Assembly: GCA_031424895.1 (NCBI GenBank)
Contig: JANPIH010000119.1
Location: 38,441 to 102,440, forward strand
DNA from: Rhodospirillales bacterium
GTDB lineage: Bacteria > Pseudomonadota > Alphaproteobacteria > Acetobacterales > Acetobacteraceae
Direction of reading: 5' to 3'
DNA length: 64,000 nucleotides
Part shown: one piece after another, positions 29,433 through 39,059 of the stretch
Position numbering within the stretch: the stretch's first letter is position 1
Layout of the letters: every line of letters begins with the position of its first letter
Position numbers and translations under genes: made by a program
The notes under the pieces: model-generated
What the model was told of the DNA's origin: nothing
Seen by the model: the letters and a program-made list of their open reading frames with translations, nothing else
Databases searched by the model: none

Positions 29433-29549
29433 CTCTCCACCCTTCCCGACCCGGTCGGCATGGAGCAGCACCCCGCCCACCGGCGCAAGCAACCCGTTGC
29501 AAACCGCACCGGCGACACGACCTATTGTCTATCTAGGCGGGGATTGACG

Positions 29550-29960
29550 ATGCGGACATACCTCACGGCCTATGGCGCGACCGCGCTGGTGTTCCTGGTG
29601 CTGGACGCGATCTGGCTGACCACGATGGTCGACCGCGTCTATCGCCCCGGCATCGGGCACCTGATGGCCGACCGTCCCAACCTGCCCGCCGCGGTGTCGT
29701 TCTACTTCCTGTATGTGCTCGGCGTGGTGTTCTTCGCGGTGTTGCCCGCTTTGCGCGCGCAGGACTGGACGATGGCGCTCGGCCTTGGCGCGTTGCTCGG
29801 CCTGTTCGCCTACGGCACCTACGATTTGACCAACTTGGCCACGCTCAAGGGCTGGTCGGTGCGCGTTTCGCTGATCGACATGGCCTGGGGCGGCGTCGTT
29901 ACCGCCTGCGCCGCCACCGCCGGCATGCTGGCCGCCAGCTGGATGTCGCGCGGGGCATAG
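29550..29960 (+). CDS. DUF2177-family membrane protein
   Basis: MRTYLTAYGATALVFLVLDAIWLTTMV...GTYDLTNLATLKGW...DMAWGGVVT. I recall this pattern as DUF2177. Confidence 0.7.
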   Translation: MRTYLTAYGATALVFLVLDAIWLTTMVDRVYRPGIGHLMADRPNLPAAVSFYFLYVLGVVFFAVLPALRAQDWTMALGLGALLGLFAYGTYDLTNLATLKGWSVRVSLIDMAWGGVVTACAATAGMLAASWMSRGA

Positions 29961-31747
29961 CGCACCCGCAGCGCGGCGGCCACGGACCGCACCACGCTGT
30001 TCCAATCCCCTGGCGTGGGCTGGCGGAACAGGCGCACTGATGCATACCAGGGCGAATCCGCCCGCGCGAGTTGCCAGCGCCAGTCCGGCGCGTGCGGCAG
30101 CATCACCCAGGCGGGCCGGCCCAGCGCCCCGGCCAGGTGCGCCACCGCGGTATCCACCGTCACCACGAGGTCCAGCGCGCTGACCAGCGCCGCGGTCGCC
30201 GCGAAATCCGGCAGTTCGGGGCCGAGGCCGGGAATGCCCAGCGGCGCCAGCTCCCTATGCCGCGGCCCCAGCTGCAGCCCCACCAGGCGCAGCCGCGGCA
30301 CCGCGGCGGCAATGCGCTGGATCGGCCGCAGCAACCGCGCGGCCGAGCCGGGCGGCAGGGAGCGGTGGCGGTCGTTGGCATGGGCCTGGTTGCCGGCCCA
30401 GACCAGCCCGATCCGCGCCCCCATCCCGATCTCCCGCCGCCACGCCGCGACGCGGACCGGATCGGCGGCCAGATAGCCCTCGGCGTGCGGAACGGTCTCC
30501 ACCCCCAGCAGATGCGGCAGGCTCATCTGGTCCACCCACAGATCGTGCGGCGGAAGCCCGTCGGCGCGCGCCACCACATCGACGCCCTCGATGCGCGACA
30601 GCAGCGGCACCAGCGCTGCGGCGCAGGCCAGTGTCACCCGCGCGCCGCGCGCCACCAGGGCCGGCAGGTAGCGGGCGAACTGGATCGTGTCGCCCATGCC
30701 CTGCCCGGCATGGACCAGCAGGTGTTGCCCCAAGAGCGGGCCGCCGGTCCATTCCGGGCGGGTGAGTGCTGCGAAGTCGGCGGCGAAGCGCGGGTGGCGC
30801 TTGCGCCATTCGGCATCCGCGAAGCCGCCCTCCAGGTCGCCGGCCAGCAGGCGCGCGACGGCGCGGTTCCACCAGCCGGGCGCGAAGCCGGGATCGGTGG
30901 CGATGGCGCCGTTGCACGCGGCGATGGCCTCCAGAAGCCGCCCCTCGGCGGTCAGCACCGCGCCCAGGCTGGCATGCGCCTCCGCCAGGTGCGGCGCACG
31001 GGCGATCGCCTGGCGCAGCAGCTGCGCGGCCGTGCCGGTGTCGCCGCAATCGGCACGGGCATTGGCCATGGCAAGCAGTACGGCGGCGGCATCGGGTGCC
31101 AGCGCGGCGGCCTGCTCCAATGCTGCCACAGCCTCGGTCGCGCGACCCAGGGCACGCAGGGCGACGCCCCGGGCCAGCCAGGCATCGGCCATATGTGGGG
31201 TGCGGACCAACGCCGCCTCCGCCTCCACCAGTGCCGCCTCCGGCTGGCCGGCCTGGACGAGGTGGCAGGCCAGGGCGGCGCGGGCCTGCGGATTGTCGGG
31301 CGCGAGGCCGACGGCTTGCCGCCCGGCCGTCAACGCCGCGCGCACGTCGCCGGCGCGCGAGAGAAGCTGGGCCAGGGCAAGCATGATCGCGGTGTCGCGC
31401 GGGCGTTCCTCCTGCACCGCGCGCAGCAGGGCGATCGCTTCGGTCAGCTCGCCGGTTTCGGTGCAGGCGCGGGCCAGGGCGAGGCGGGTATCGGCATGGC
31501 CGGGGCGCAGCAGGGCGGCCTGGCGCAGCGGGACGCCGGCCTCATCGGCCCGGCCGGATTCGACCAGCAGCACGCCGAGCAGGTGATGTGCCTGGGCCAT
31601 ATGCGGTGCCGCCTCCACCACCTCGCGATAGATGGCCTCCGCCGCTTCACGGTTGCCGGCGCGGTGCAGCGCAAGCCCCTCGGCCAGGCGCGCGAGCATG
31701 CCGGGCAGGGGAAAGGCTTCGGTCGCGTGGGTCTCGGGATCGGGCAT
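29819..31747 (-). CDS. TPR-repeat protein fused to a GT9 (heptosyltransferase-like) glycosyltransferase domain
   Basis: The N-terminal ~300 aa are TPR-like A/L-rich repeats. The C-terminal part has GMGDTIQFARY...VDTAVAHLAGALGRPAWVML, typical of GT9. Confidence 0.75.
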   Translation of the reverse strand: MPDPETHATEAFPLPGMLARLAEGLALHRAGNREAAEAIYREVVEAAPHMAQAHHLLGVLLVESGRADEAGVPLRQAALLRPGHADTRLALARACTETGELTEAIALLRAVQEERPRDTAIMLALAQLLSRAGDVRAALTAGRQAVGLAPDNPQARAALACHLVQAGQPEAALVEAEAALVRTPHMADAWLARGVALRALGRATEAVAALEQAAALAPDAAAVLLAMANARADCGDTGTAAQLLRQAIARAPHLAEAHASLGAVLTAEGRLLEAIAACNGAIATDPGFAPGWWNRAVARLLAGDLEGGFADAEWRKRHPRFAADFAALTRPEWTGGPLLGQHLLVHAGQGMGDTIQFARYLPALVARGARVTLACAAALVPLLSRIEGVDVVARADGLPPHDLWVDQMSLPHLLGVETVPHAEGYLAADPVRVAAWRREIGMGARIGLVWAGNQAHANDRHRSLPPGSAARLLRPIQRIAAAVPRLRLVGLQLGPRHRELAPLGIPGLGPELPDFAATAALVSALDLVVTVDTAVAHLAGALGRPAWVMLPHAPDWRWQLARADSPWYASVRLFRQPTPGDWNSVVRSVAAALRVRYAPRDIQLAASMPAVAAQAVTTPPQAMSISETRTDQPLSVAKLVKS

Positions 31748-31811
31748 GCGGGGCTCTCCGGAGACCCAGCCTGCCCGGCAAAGGTGAAGAGACCGCTACT
31801 GCGTGCCCCCC

Positions 31812-32273
31812 CTACTGCGGTCCCCAGCGGGCGGCGGCGAGGTCGTCGGTCTCTCGCGCGTCGACCCATTCCGCGCGGCCGTCGGCGAAGCTTTCCTTCT
31901 TCCAGAACGGGGCGCGGGTTTTCAGCCAGTCGATCAGGAAGGCGGTGGCCTCCAGCGCGTCGTGCCGGTGGGCGGAGGCGGCGAGCACCAGCACGATGGT
32001 CTCGCCCGGCGCCATGGGGCCGACGCGGTGGATGAGGGTGCAGCCGAGCAGCTTCCAGCGCCCGGCGGCATCTGCGGCGATGGCGGAAAGCGCCCGCTCG
32101 GTCATGCCGGGGTAGTGCTCCAGCGTCATCGCGGTGATGCGCCTGCCCTTGGCGGTTTCGCGCACCGTGCCGATGAAGCTGCCGATGCCGCCGATGTCGG
32201 TGCGCCCGGCGGTCAGCGCCGCGATCTCGGCGCCGACATCGATCGCCTCCGTCTGGACGCGGATCGTGGCCAT
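31812..32273 (-). CDS. moaE: molybdopterin synthase catalytic subunit
   Basis: 153 aa, ...GSFIGTVRE...LEHYPGMTE...HRHDALEA...IDWLKTRAPFWKKE. Confidence 0.9.
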   Translation of the reverse strand: MATIRVQTEAIDVGAEIAALTAGRTDIGGIGSFIGTVRETAKGRRITAMTLEHYPGMTERALSAIAADAAGRWKLLGCTLIHRVGPMAPGETIVLVLAASAHRHDALEATAFLIDWLKTRAPFWKKESFADGRAEWVDARETDDLAAARWGPQ

Positions 32274-32274
32274 C

Positions 32275-32544
32275 TCAGCCGCCCGTCACCGGCGGGAAGA
32301 AGGCGACCTCGTCGCCGGGGCGCACCGGGGCGTCCAGTGCCGCGAACTCCTGGTTCACGGCGCAGCGCACCGGGGCGGTGGTGCCGAAGGCGGCTTCGTA
32401 GCCGGGGCCGCGGGCGCGCAGCCAGGCCACCAGGGCGGCGACGGTCGCGGTGCCCGGCGGCAGCGCCACCTCCTCCTCGCCGAGGCCGATGCGTTCGCGC
32501 AGCCAGGCGAAATAGAGCAGGCGGATCGGGGCGGGCTCGGCCAT
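32275..32544 (-). CDS. moaD: molybdopterin synthase sulfur-carrier subunit
   Basis: 89 aa ending in FFPPVTGG (C-terminal Gly-Gly). Lies immediately upstream of moaE. Confidence 0.9.
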   Translation of the reverse strand: MAEPAPIRLLYFAWLRERIGLGEEEVALPPGTATVAALVAWLRARGPGYEAAFGTTAPVRCAVNQEFAALDAPVRPGDEVAFFPPVTGG

Positions 32545-32550
32545 CGGTGG

Positions 32551-33147
32551 CTATCTCGGGGGGGCGATGGTCTGCGTGGTGCCGTCCGGGCCGATCAGGG
32601 TGAGGGTGCCGTTGGCGTTGGGCATGACGATGCCGGTGCGGCCGGTGGGCAGGGTGTACGTCTCCACGCCGTTGCCGCCGATGTTGGTCACCGCGGGTCC
32701 GGAGGGGGTTTGCAGCACGCGGCCGGTGCTGGCGGCGGGGGTGGTCGCCGAAGCGGGGGGCGAGATCGGGCGCGGGGCGGCGACGGAGGCGGGCGGCACG
32801 GAAGCGGGGGGCAGGGTAACGGTGGGCACCGGGGCGCTGCTGGCGCGCGGGGGAGCGGCGTCGATCGGCGGGAGCGAGCCGATGTCACGCTGCATGTCGG
32901 ACATGGTGCGCGCCGGCGGCAGCGGGCCGGGCCAGACATTGCCGGGCTCGGCTTCCAGCGCCTCGGCGGTTTCAGCGACGCCCATGGCGCGGCGCGCATT
33001 GGGGCTGTCGGCCACCGGGCGGTTGCCGTTGGCGTTGAACGACAGCGTGCGGCCGAGAAAGCCGCCCACCCCGTCGGCGGGGCTGCCGACATGGGTGGCG
33101 CAGCCGGCGAGCAGGGCGGGAATGAGAAGCAGGGCGATGCGCCGCAT
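32551..33147 (-). CDS. proline-rich lipoprotein of unknown function
   Basis: MRRIALLLIPALLAGC lipobox after an AAGGAAG Shine-Dalgarno. The rest is low complexity. Confidence 0.6.
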   Translation of the reverse strand: MRRIALLLIPALLAGCATHVGSPADGVGGFLGRTLSFNANGNRPVADSPNARRAMGVAETAEALEAEPGNVWPGPLPPARTMSDMQRDIGSLPPIDAAPPRASSAPVPTVTLPPASVPPASVAAPRPISPPASATTPAASTGRVLQTPSGPAVTNIGGNGVETYTLPTGRTGIVMPNANGTLTLIGPDGTTQTIAPPR

Positions 33148-33242
33148 GGGCTCTTCCTTGTGAGGCGGTCCGGCGCGGAGTGGCCCGGTTGGGCGCTCCG
33201 TTCGAGAGATGGGAAGCAATGTGCCCGTCCGCCAGCCCCGGC

Positions 33243-33749
33243 TCAAGCGCCGGATCGCGGATGCTGCAGTGCGGCGACGATCCAGGCGGCGATGGCGGCG
33301 GGGTCGGCGAGGGGCAGGCAAGGGCGGTCGCAGTCCGGCAGCGGGGCGTCAGTGGCAACGGCTGCGATATCGGTGCGGCCGGGCCAGATCGGCGGCTTGC
33401 CCAGGGCGGGGCGGTGGACCTCGATCTTGGGGTGGGGGGAGGCCTTGAAGCCTTCGACCAGAACAAGGTCCACCGGGGCGAGGCGGGCGACGAGGGCGAC
33501 GAGGTCGGGCTCCGCGCCTTCGTTCTCGTGCATCAGCGCCCAGCGGCGACCCGCGGCGATCAGCACCTCGCGCGCGCCGGCCTGGCGGTGGCGCCATGAA
33601 TCCTTGCCGGGCTGGTCGAGGTCGAATTCGTGGTGGGCGTGCTTGATGGTGGAGAGCGACAGGCCACGGGCGGTCAGGAGGGGGATGAGGGCGGTGAGCA
33701 GGGTGGTTTTGCCGCTGCCGGACCAGCCGGTGATGCCGAGGAGCTGCAT
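33243..33749 (-). CDS. mobB: molybdopterin-guanine dinucleotide biosynthesis adapter protein
   Basis: MQLLGITGWSGSGKTTLLTALIP (P-loop) followed by ...IKHAHHEFDLDQPGKDS. Confidence 0.9.
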   Translation of the reverse strand: MQLLGITGWSGSGKTTLLTALIPLLTARGLSLSTIKHAHHEFDLDQPGKDSWRHRQAGAREVLIAAGRRWALMHENEGAEPDLVALVARLAPVDLVLVEGFKASPHPKIEVHRPALGKPPIWPGRTDIAAVATDAPLPDCDRPCLPLADPAAIAAWIVAALQHPRSGA

Positions 33750-33752
33750 ACG

Positions 33753-34388
33753 CTATTCGCGGGCCGGGGCAGGGACGGGGGCAGGCGCGGGGGCAGGCGC
33801 GGGCGCGGGCTGGGGATGGGGCTGGGAGGCGTGGCGCAGGCCGGTGACGAGGTAGTCCCAGCCGGTTACCAGGGTGAGGGCGGCGGCGGCGAACAGCATC
33901 GCTTCGCCGATCAGCGTGACCGGCAGCCAGGGGATGCCGAGCAGCATGGCCGACGGGTTGCCGGCCAGCAGCGTGCCCAGCGCGCCCATCTGGAAGCCGG
34001 TTTTCCACTTGGCCAGTGCGGTGACCGGCAGGCCGATGCGCATGCCGGCGAGGTATTCGCGCAGGCCGCTGACCAGGATCTCGCGCAGCATGATGACGAT
34101 GGCGGGATACAGGCCGGCGGCGCTCAGGCGGTCGGAGCCGACCAGCATCATCAGTGCGGCACCGACCAGCAGCTTGTCGGCGATCGGGTCGAGCATGCGG
34201 CCGTGGTCGGACGTCTGGCCGTAGTCGCGGGCCAGCTTGCCGTCGAAATAGTCGGTGATGGCGGCGATCGCGAAGACGACGCAGGCGGCGAAGTCGGTTT
34301 CCGGCGAACGGATCGAGGCCAGCACCACCATCACGGGGATGGCGGCGATGCGCGACAGCGTCAGCACGTTGGGCAGGTCGGTCATCAT
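33753..34388 (-). CDS. pgsA: CDP-diacylglycerol--glycerol-3-phosphate 3-phosphatidyltransferase
   Basis: CDP-alcohol phosphatidyltransferase motif DYFDGKLARDYGQTSDHGRMLDPIADK. The C-terminus carries a QPHPQPAPAPAPAPAPVPAP low-complexity tail. A GTG alternative start lies at 34397. Confidence 0.85.
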   Translation of the reverse strand: MMTDLPNVLTLSRIAAIPVMVVLASIRSPETDFAACVVFAIAAITDYFDGKLARDYGQTSDHGRMLDPIADKLLVGAALMMLVGSDRLSAAGLYPAIVIMLREILVSGLREYLAGMRIGLPVTALAKWKTGFQMGALGTLLAGNPSAMLLGIPWLPVTLIGEAMLFAAAALTLVTGWDYLVTGLRHASQPHPQPAPAPAPAPAPVPAPARE

Positions 34389-34483
34389 GCGCGGCACAGC
34401 GTAGAGGGTTTTGCGCCCGCGGTCAGCCCGTGCATTGCGGCGGGAAATTGACGTTTCGGCGTCGCTGGCCTAGCCGGGCTTTC

Positions 34484-35377
34484 ATGAGCACCACGCCCGC
34501 CGGCATCTGGCCGATCCTGTATGCATTCTTCAACCGCGACCTGACACTGGACCGCGCGGCGATGCGGTTGCAGGTGCGGGCGGTTTTGGCCGGGGGCGCG
34601 CCGGGGATGGTGGTGATGGGGCTGGCGACCGAGGTGGGCAAGCTTTCGCCCGAGGAGCGGCGCCGGGTGATCGAGTGGGCGGCGGAGGACCTGGGCGGGC
34701 GGATTCCGCTGGCGGTCACGATATTCGGGGCGACGCCCGAGGAACAGATCGCGGCGGTGCGGCATGCGGCGGGGTGCGGGGCGGCGTGGGTGGTGTTGCA
34801 GCCGCCAAGGGTTCCGGGGATGTCGGAGGCCGAGCTGATGGCATTCTTTGGGCGGGTGATCGATGCCTCGCCGGTGCCGGCGGGGATCCAGAACGCGCCG
34901 GAGCTGATCGGGGTCGGGCTGGGGCCGGAGGCGATCGGGACGCTGGCGCGGCGGCATGGGAACTTCACCGTGCTGAAGGGGGAGGGGCCGGCGACGCTGA
35001 TCGCCCGAGTGGTGGAGGAGACGGAGGGGCAGCTTGCGGTGTTCAACGGGCGCGGCGGGCTGGAGCTGCCGGATAATCTGCGGGCCGGGTGCGCGGGGCT
35101 GATCCCGGCGCCGGATTGTTTCGAGGCGCAGATCGCGATCTACCAGGCGATGCGGCTTGGGGACGAGGCGGAGGCGGAGCGCCTGTATCGGGAGATCCTG
35201 CCGGCGATCGTGTTCGTGATGCAATCGGTGGATCACCTGATCTGCTACGGCAAGCGGCTGACGGCGGCGCGGCTTGGGCTGGAGGTGTTCGACCGGGGGC
35301 CGGGGTTGGCGCCGAACCGGTTTGGGCTGGCGGCGGTAGCGCGGTTCGCGGCGGCGCTGGGGGGGATGAAGGTTTGA
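34484..35377 (+). CDS. dihydrodipicolinate synthase (DapA) family protein
   Basis: Starts MSTTPAGIWPILYAFFNRDLTLDRAAM... ~297 aa with DapA/NAL-like TIM-barrel colinearity. The specific substrate is not assignable. Confidence 0.65.
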   Translation: MSTTPAGIWPILYAFFNRDLTLDRAAMRLQVRAVLAGGAPGMVVMGLATEVGKLSPEERRRVIEWAAEDLGGRIPLAVTIFGATPEEQIAAVRHAAGCGAAWVVLQPPRVPGMSEAELMAFFGRVIDASPVPAGIQNAPELIGVGLGPEAIGTLARRHGNFTVLKGEGPATLIARVVEETEGQLAVFNGRGGLELPDNLRAGCAGLIPAPDCFEAQIAIYQAMRLGDEAEAERLYREILPAIVFVMQSVDHLICYGKRLTAARLGLEVFDRGPGLAPNRFGLAAVARFAAALGGMKV

Positions 35378-35428
35378 TACCAACCGCCCGAAATGCCGGA
35401 AGGGTCGGCCGTTCCAGGGGTTGGTATT
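35376..35428. terminator. hairpin between convergent genes (GATACCAACC ... GGTTGGTAT)
   Basis: A 9-10 bp inverted repeat spans the gap between the stop at 35375-35377 and the stop at 35427-29. There is no clean U-tract. Confidence 0.35.
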
Positions 35429-36395
35429 ACCTCATCACCACGCCCACGTAGGTCCGGTCATCCGTTGCCTTGGTCGAGCGGAAGCGGCCGGTCTTGGCGG
35501 GGTCTGTGGCTTCGACCTCGGTGCGGGCCGCCTCCCACGCCGCCAGGGTGGGCGTGGCGCCGGGGGCGAAGTAGCCGTCGGTGAACAGTTCCAGCGTGTC
35601 GATGGTGCGGGCCTCCACAGTGGTGATGCGCATCAGGGTGCGCGGCACCGGGAAGCCGTCGAGGCAGGCGTAGCCGAGGATCGAATCCGGCGCGTTCTGG
35701 TAGTCGCCCTGGGCGCCGACGATACCGCGCGTGAGCAGGTGGACGATGTCGGCGCGGGGCACGTGCGGCAGGGTGGCGAGGCATTCCGCCTCGGCGGCGG
35801 CGGCGATGGCGGCGAGGTCCGCAGGGGCGAAATGCGGGGCAAGCGCCGCCGGGTCCTGGCCGATGCCTTTCCAGGTGACCTGGCGGGCGACGGCGTCGCG
35901 CAGGGCTGGGTCGGCGTGCGGGAGGAAGTGCCACGCGTGGCTGCGCAGGGTGGCGGTGATGCGGTCGAGGTCCTTGTTCATCTGGAGCACCTGCCGGCCG
36001 TTGAGGCGGATGCCGCTGTCGCCGACCAGCACGAGGTGAAGCTGCGTGCCGTCTTGAACCGCCAGCGCCAGGGTGCAGCACAGGCGCGCGCCCCAGCTGG
36101 CCTCGGCGGCGGCCAGCGTGCCGTGGCGCAGATAGGCCTCGTGCAGCGTTGCGGTCAGGGTGGGGACGATGGATTCCACCGGCGGCGGCGCGGCCAGCAG
36201 CAGGCGTTCCAGCGTGGCGGCAACCAGGCGCGCGGCATGGCGGCCAGACAACTCGCCGCCATAGCGCGTGCCGGTGCGGTCGGAGACGCCGTCAATCACC
36301 GCATAGGCGCGGCCAGGGAGAACGACGAAAGCGTCCTCGTTGGCGTCGGGGCGGGCGGGGTCGCGGGAGGCGGTGAAGGCTTCGAGGTGGATCAA
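35427..36395 (-). CDS. PP2C-like protein phosphatase domain protein
   Basis: NEDAFVVLPGRAYAVIDGVSDRTG and LVGDSG resemble PP2C/SpoIIE motifs. The TTG start abuts repeat A6, so the start is uncertain. Confidence 0.5.
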   Translation of the reverse strand: MIHLEAFTASRDPARPDANEDAFVVLPGRAYAVIDGVSDRTGTRYGGELSGRHAARLVAATLERLLLAAPPPVESIVPTLTATLHEAYLRHGTLAAAEASWGARLCCTLALAVQDGTQLHLVLVGDSGIRLNGRQVLQMNKDLDRITATLRSHAWHFLPHADPALRDAVARQVTWKGIGQDPAALAPHFAPADLAAIAAAAEAECLATLPHVPRADIVHLLTRGIVGAQGDYQNAPDSILGYACLDGFPVPRTLMRITTVEARTIDTLELFTDGYFAPGATPTLAAWEAARTEVEATDPAKTGRFRSTKATDDRTYVGVVMR

Positions 36396-36528
36396 GGAGA
36401 AGTCTTCTTTTTGTGAACAAAAAGAAGCAAAAAAACTTTATCCATTTACGCCTCGCTTGACGGGTTGAACGCGTAGCAAATGGGGGAAAGTTTTTTGGTT
36501 CTTTTTTTCAAAAAAGAACATTCTTCCT
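36396..36528. repeat. Family A element, copy A6 (H3+H1)
   Basis: H3 CTTCTTTTTGTGAACAAAAAGAAG at 36404-36427. H1 (rc form) at 36498-36519. Central stem CCATTTACGC/GCGTAGCAAATGG (imperfect). Confidence 0.9.
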
Positions 36529-36535
36529 CATGCCA

Positions 36536-37702
36536 TCAGGCAAAGCGGGTGGAAGCGTTGGACAGCCCGAGCAGGTGTTGGCCGGCGGTTTCGAAGTGGA
36601 TCATGCGGCCCTGCACCTGTTGGGTGATGGTGATCATGTCGCGGTAGCGGCGTTCGAAGCCCTGGGCGGCGAAGATGGCGGTGGCGCCCGCCTCTCGCCA
36701 GCAGAAATCGGCGACCTCGCGGGCCTGGTGGATGGCGAAGGTGGAGGCCATGCGGATGGCCATGCGGTGGTCGAGCGAGAGGGGGGCAGCCTCGGCGGCT
36801 TCCCACGCGTCGTCCAGGGCTGCGAGCAAGCCGGCGCGGGCGGCGCGCCAGCGGGCTTCGGCGATGGCCAGGTCGCGCTGCACCGCCTGGGAGTCGCGGA
36901 GCGCCCGGCCGGCGAGGGTGGGGATCTTGTCGCGCGCCATGTCCACGAAGCGGTCGAGCAGGCCGCGGGCGGTGCCGAGCGCCACGGCGGCGAAGCCCGA
37001 GGAATACATGTGGTTGGTGACGAAGCGGTAGAGCGGGCCGGTCTCGCTGCGCTCGGCATCGATGTCGCGCGCCAGGCTGTAGGCGTCGAGCACGAAGCGG
37101 TTGGCGATGGCGAAGGTGTCGCTGCCGGTGCCGCGCAGGCCGATCACCTCCCAGTCGGGCGTCACGGCCATGGCGTCGCGCGGGACCAGCAGGGTGCGTT
37201 CGACGGGGCGACCGTCCGGATGGATGCGCGCGGTGCCGTCGCGTTCCTGGATGTGGGCGTGGCAGCCGATCCAGGTGGCGTGGTGGCCGCCGGAAACGAA
37301 GGTCCAGCGCCCGTTGAGGACATATCCGCCGTCGGTGGCGCGGGCGGTGGCACCCTGGTTCTGCCCCCAGGCGAGCACGGCGCGCGGTTCGGCGAATACG
37401 GCGCGCGCCGTTTCGGCAGGCACGTAGGCGGCGGCGAAGGCGCAACCTCCCGCTTGGCTGAGGCACCAGGCGGTGGAGGCGTCGGCGCTGGCGATGGCGA
37501 TCAGCATGCGGGCATGGTCGGCGGGCGGGCATTCGTCGCCGCCCACGCTGCGCGGCAGCAAGGTGCGGAACAGGCGCTGGGCGTGCAGGGCGTTCAGCGC
37601 CGTGGGCGTGATGCGGCGCGTGGCCTCGATCGCCTCGGCCTCGGCGGCGAGCACCGGCAGAATGGCGCGGGCGCGGGCTTCAGGGGTGGGATGGTCCTGC
37701 AT
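36536..37702 (-). CDS. acyl-CoA dehydrogenase family protein (type-2 / flavin monooxygenase-like)
   Basis: Starts MQDHPTPEARARAILPVLAAEAEAIE... The pattern ...WTFVSGGHHATW...GLRGTGSD is typical of ACAD-fold proteins. A TTG alternative start lies at 37738. Confidence 0.75.
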   Translation of the reverse strand: MQDHPTPEARARAILPVLAAEAEAIEATRRITPTALNALHAQRLFRTLLPRSVGGDECPPADHARMLIAIASADASTAWCLSQAGGCAFAAAYVPAETARAVFAEPRAVLAWGQNQGATARATDGGYVLNGRWTFVSGGHHATWIGCHAHIQERDGTARIHPDGRPVERTLLVPRDAMAVTPDWEVIGLRGTGSDTFAIANRFVLDAYSLARDIDAERSETGPLYRFVTNHMYSSGFAAVALGTARGLLDRFVDMARDKIPTLAGRALRDSQAVQRDLAIAEARWRAARAGLLAALDDAWEAAEAAPLSLDHRMAIRMASTFAIHQAREVADFCWREAGATAIFAAQGFERRYRDMITITQQVQGRMIHFETAGQHLLGLSNASTRFA

Positions 37703-37746
37703 GGCCGGGACTGTCACGCGAAGGGGTGGAAGGGTCAAGCGGACAG

Positions 37747-37888
37747 GAAAGGAAGCGGTTCTTTTTTGAAAAAAAGAACCAAAAAACTTTCATTCCTTGC
37801 GCGGTGGCAAATGATCGGGCGCGGTGCAAAGGATAAAAGTCTTTTTGCTTCTTTTTCTACAGAAAAAGAAGATTCTTTCTTTCTTTCC
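37747..37888. repeat. Family A element, copy A7 (H1+H2), in a divergent promoter region
   Basis: H1 at 37758-37779. H2 variant CTTCTTTTTCTACAGAAAAAGAAG at 37848-37871. Flanks GGAAAGGAAG ... CTTTCTTTCTTTCC. Confidence 0.9.
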
Positions 37889-37952
37889 CGGGCAGGGTTG
37901 AGCGCCGGCCGCCTTTGCGTCAGCATCGCGCAAAACAACGGAGGACGCGCCC

Positions 37953-39059
37953 ATGAAGATCGACCATGTGTCGTTGACCATCTTCACCTGGGACAACATC
38001 CCGCGCACCAGCTACCACGCCGGCAGCTGGACGCAGCCAGTGAGCAATTTGGGCCTGCTGCGCATTCGCACCGACGCGGGGCATGAGGGGCATGCGTTCC
38101 TGGGCTCGGCGAGCAACCCGGGCAGCATGGACGGGCCGCAGCTGATCCGCTGGATCAAGCCGATCCTGATGGGGGCGAACCCGCTGGAGCGCGAGCGCAT
38201 CCACCAGCGCATGCTGAAGCTGAACCGCAACGTGAGTTGGCGGGTGATCGGGGCGACGGACACCGCACTATGGGATCTCGCCGGCAAGATCGCCGGGCTG
38301 CCGGTGCATGCGCTGATGGGCACGCACCGGACGGAGATCGGCGCCTATGCCAGTTCGCAGTTGTTGCCGGACGCGCAGGCCTATGTGGCGCAGGCGCAGC
38401 AGCACAAGCAGGAGGGCTGGGCCGGCTACAAGATCCATCCGCCGACCGACCCCGATACCGACATCAAGGTGTGCGCGGCGGTGCGCGCGGCGGTGGGCGA
38501 TGCCTATCCGGTAATGCTCGACAGCACCTGGAGCTACGACTACCCGGGCGCGCTGAAGGTGGGGCTGGCGATCCAGGAGATGGGGTTCAAGTGGTACGAG
38601 GACCCGCTGGCCGACGAGGATATTCTTTCGTATGTGAAGCTGCGGCAGAAGCTGAATATCCCTATCATGGCCACCGAGTATCCGATGGGCGGGCTCGACA
38701 CCTATCCGATCTGGATCCAGCAGCAGGCGACCGACTACCTGCGCGGCGACATTCCGGCCAAGGGCGGGCTGACGACGATGCTCAAGACGGCGCATTTGGC
38801 CGAGGCGTTCCATATGAACTACGAGGTGCACCATAGCGGCAACTCGCTGAACAACCTCGCCAACCTGCATTTGTGCATGGCGATTCCGAACACCACCTGG
38901 TTCGAGGTGCTGCTGCCGGACGGGGCGCATCGCTATGGGCTGGAGGAGGAGTTCCGGCCCGACGCCAACGGCATGCTCCAGGCGCCGACCGGGCCGGGGC
39001 TGGGGGCGGCGATCGATTTCGCGATGATCAAGGCGAAGACGGAGGCGGTGCTGGAGTAG
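37953..39059 (+). CDS. enolase-superfamily enzyme (mandelate racemase/muconate lactonizing family)
   Basis: 368 aa. KIHPP...D...K metal/acid-base region and ATEYP...E pattern consistent with MR/MLE members. Confidence 0.75.
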   Translation: MKIDHVSLTIFTWDNIPRTSYHAGSWTQPVSNLGLLRIRTDAGHEGHAFLGSASNPGSMDGPQLIRWIKPILMGANPLERERIHQRMLKLNRNVSWRVIGATDTALWDLAGKIAGLPVHALMGTHRTEIGAYASSQLLPDAQAYVAQAQQHKQEGWAGYKIHPPTDPDTDIKVCAAVRAAVGDAYPVMLDSTWSYDYPGALKVGLAIQEMGFKWYEDPLADEDILSYVKLRQKLNIPIMATEYPMGGLDTYPIWIQQQATDYLRGDIPAKGGLTTMLKTAHLAEAFHMNYEVHHSGNSLNNLANLHLCMAIPNTTWFEVLLPDGAHRYGLEEEFRPDANGMLQAPTGPGLGAAIDFAMIKAKTEAVLE

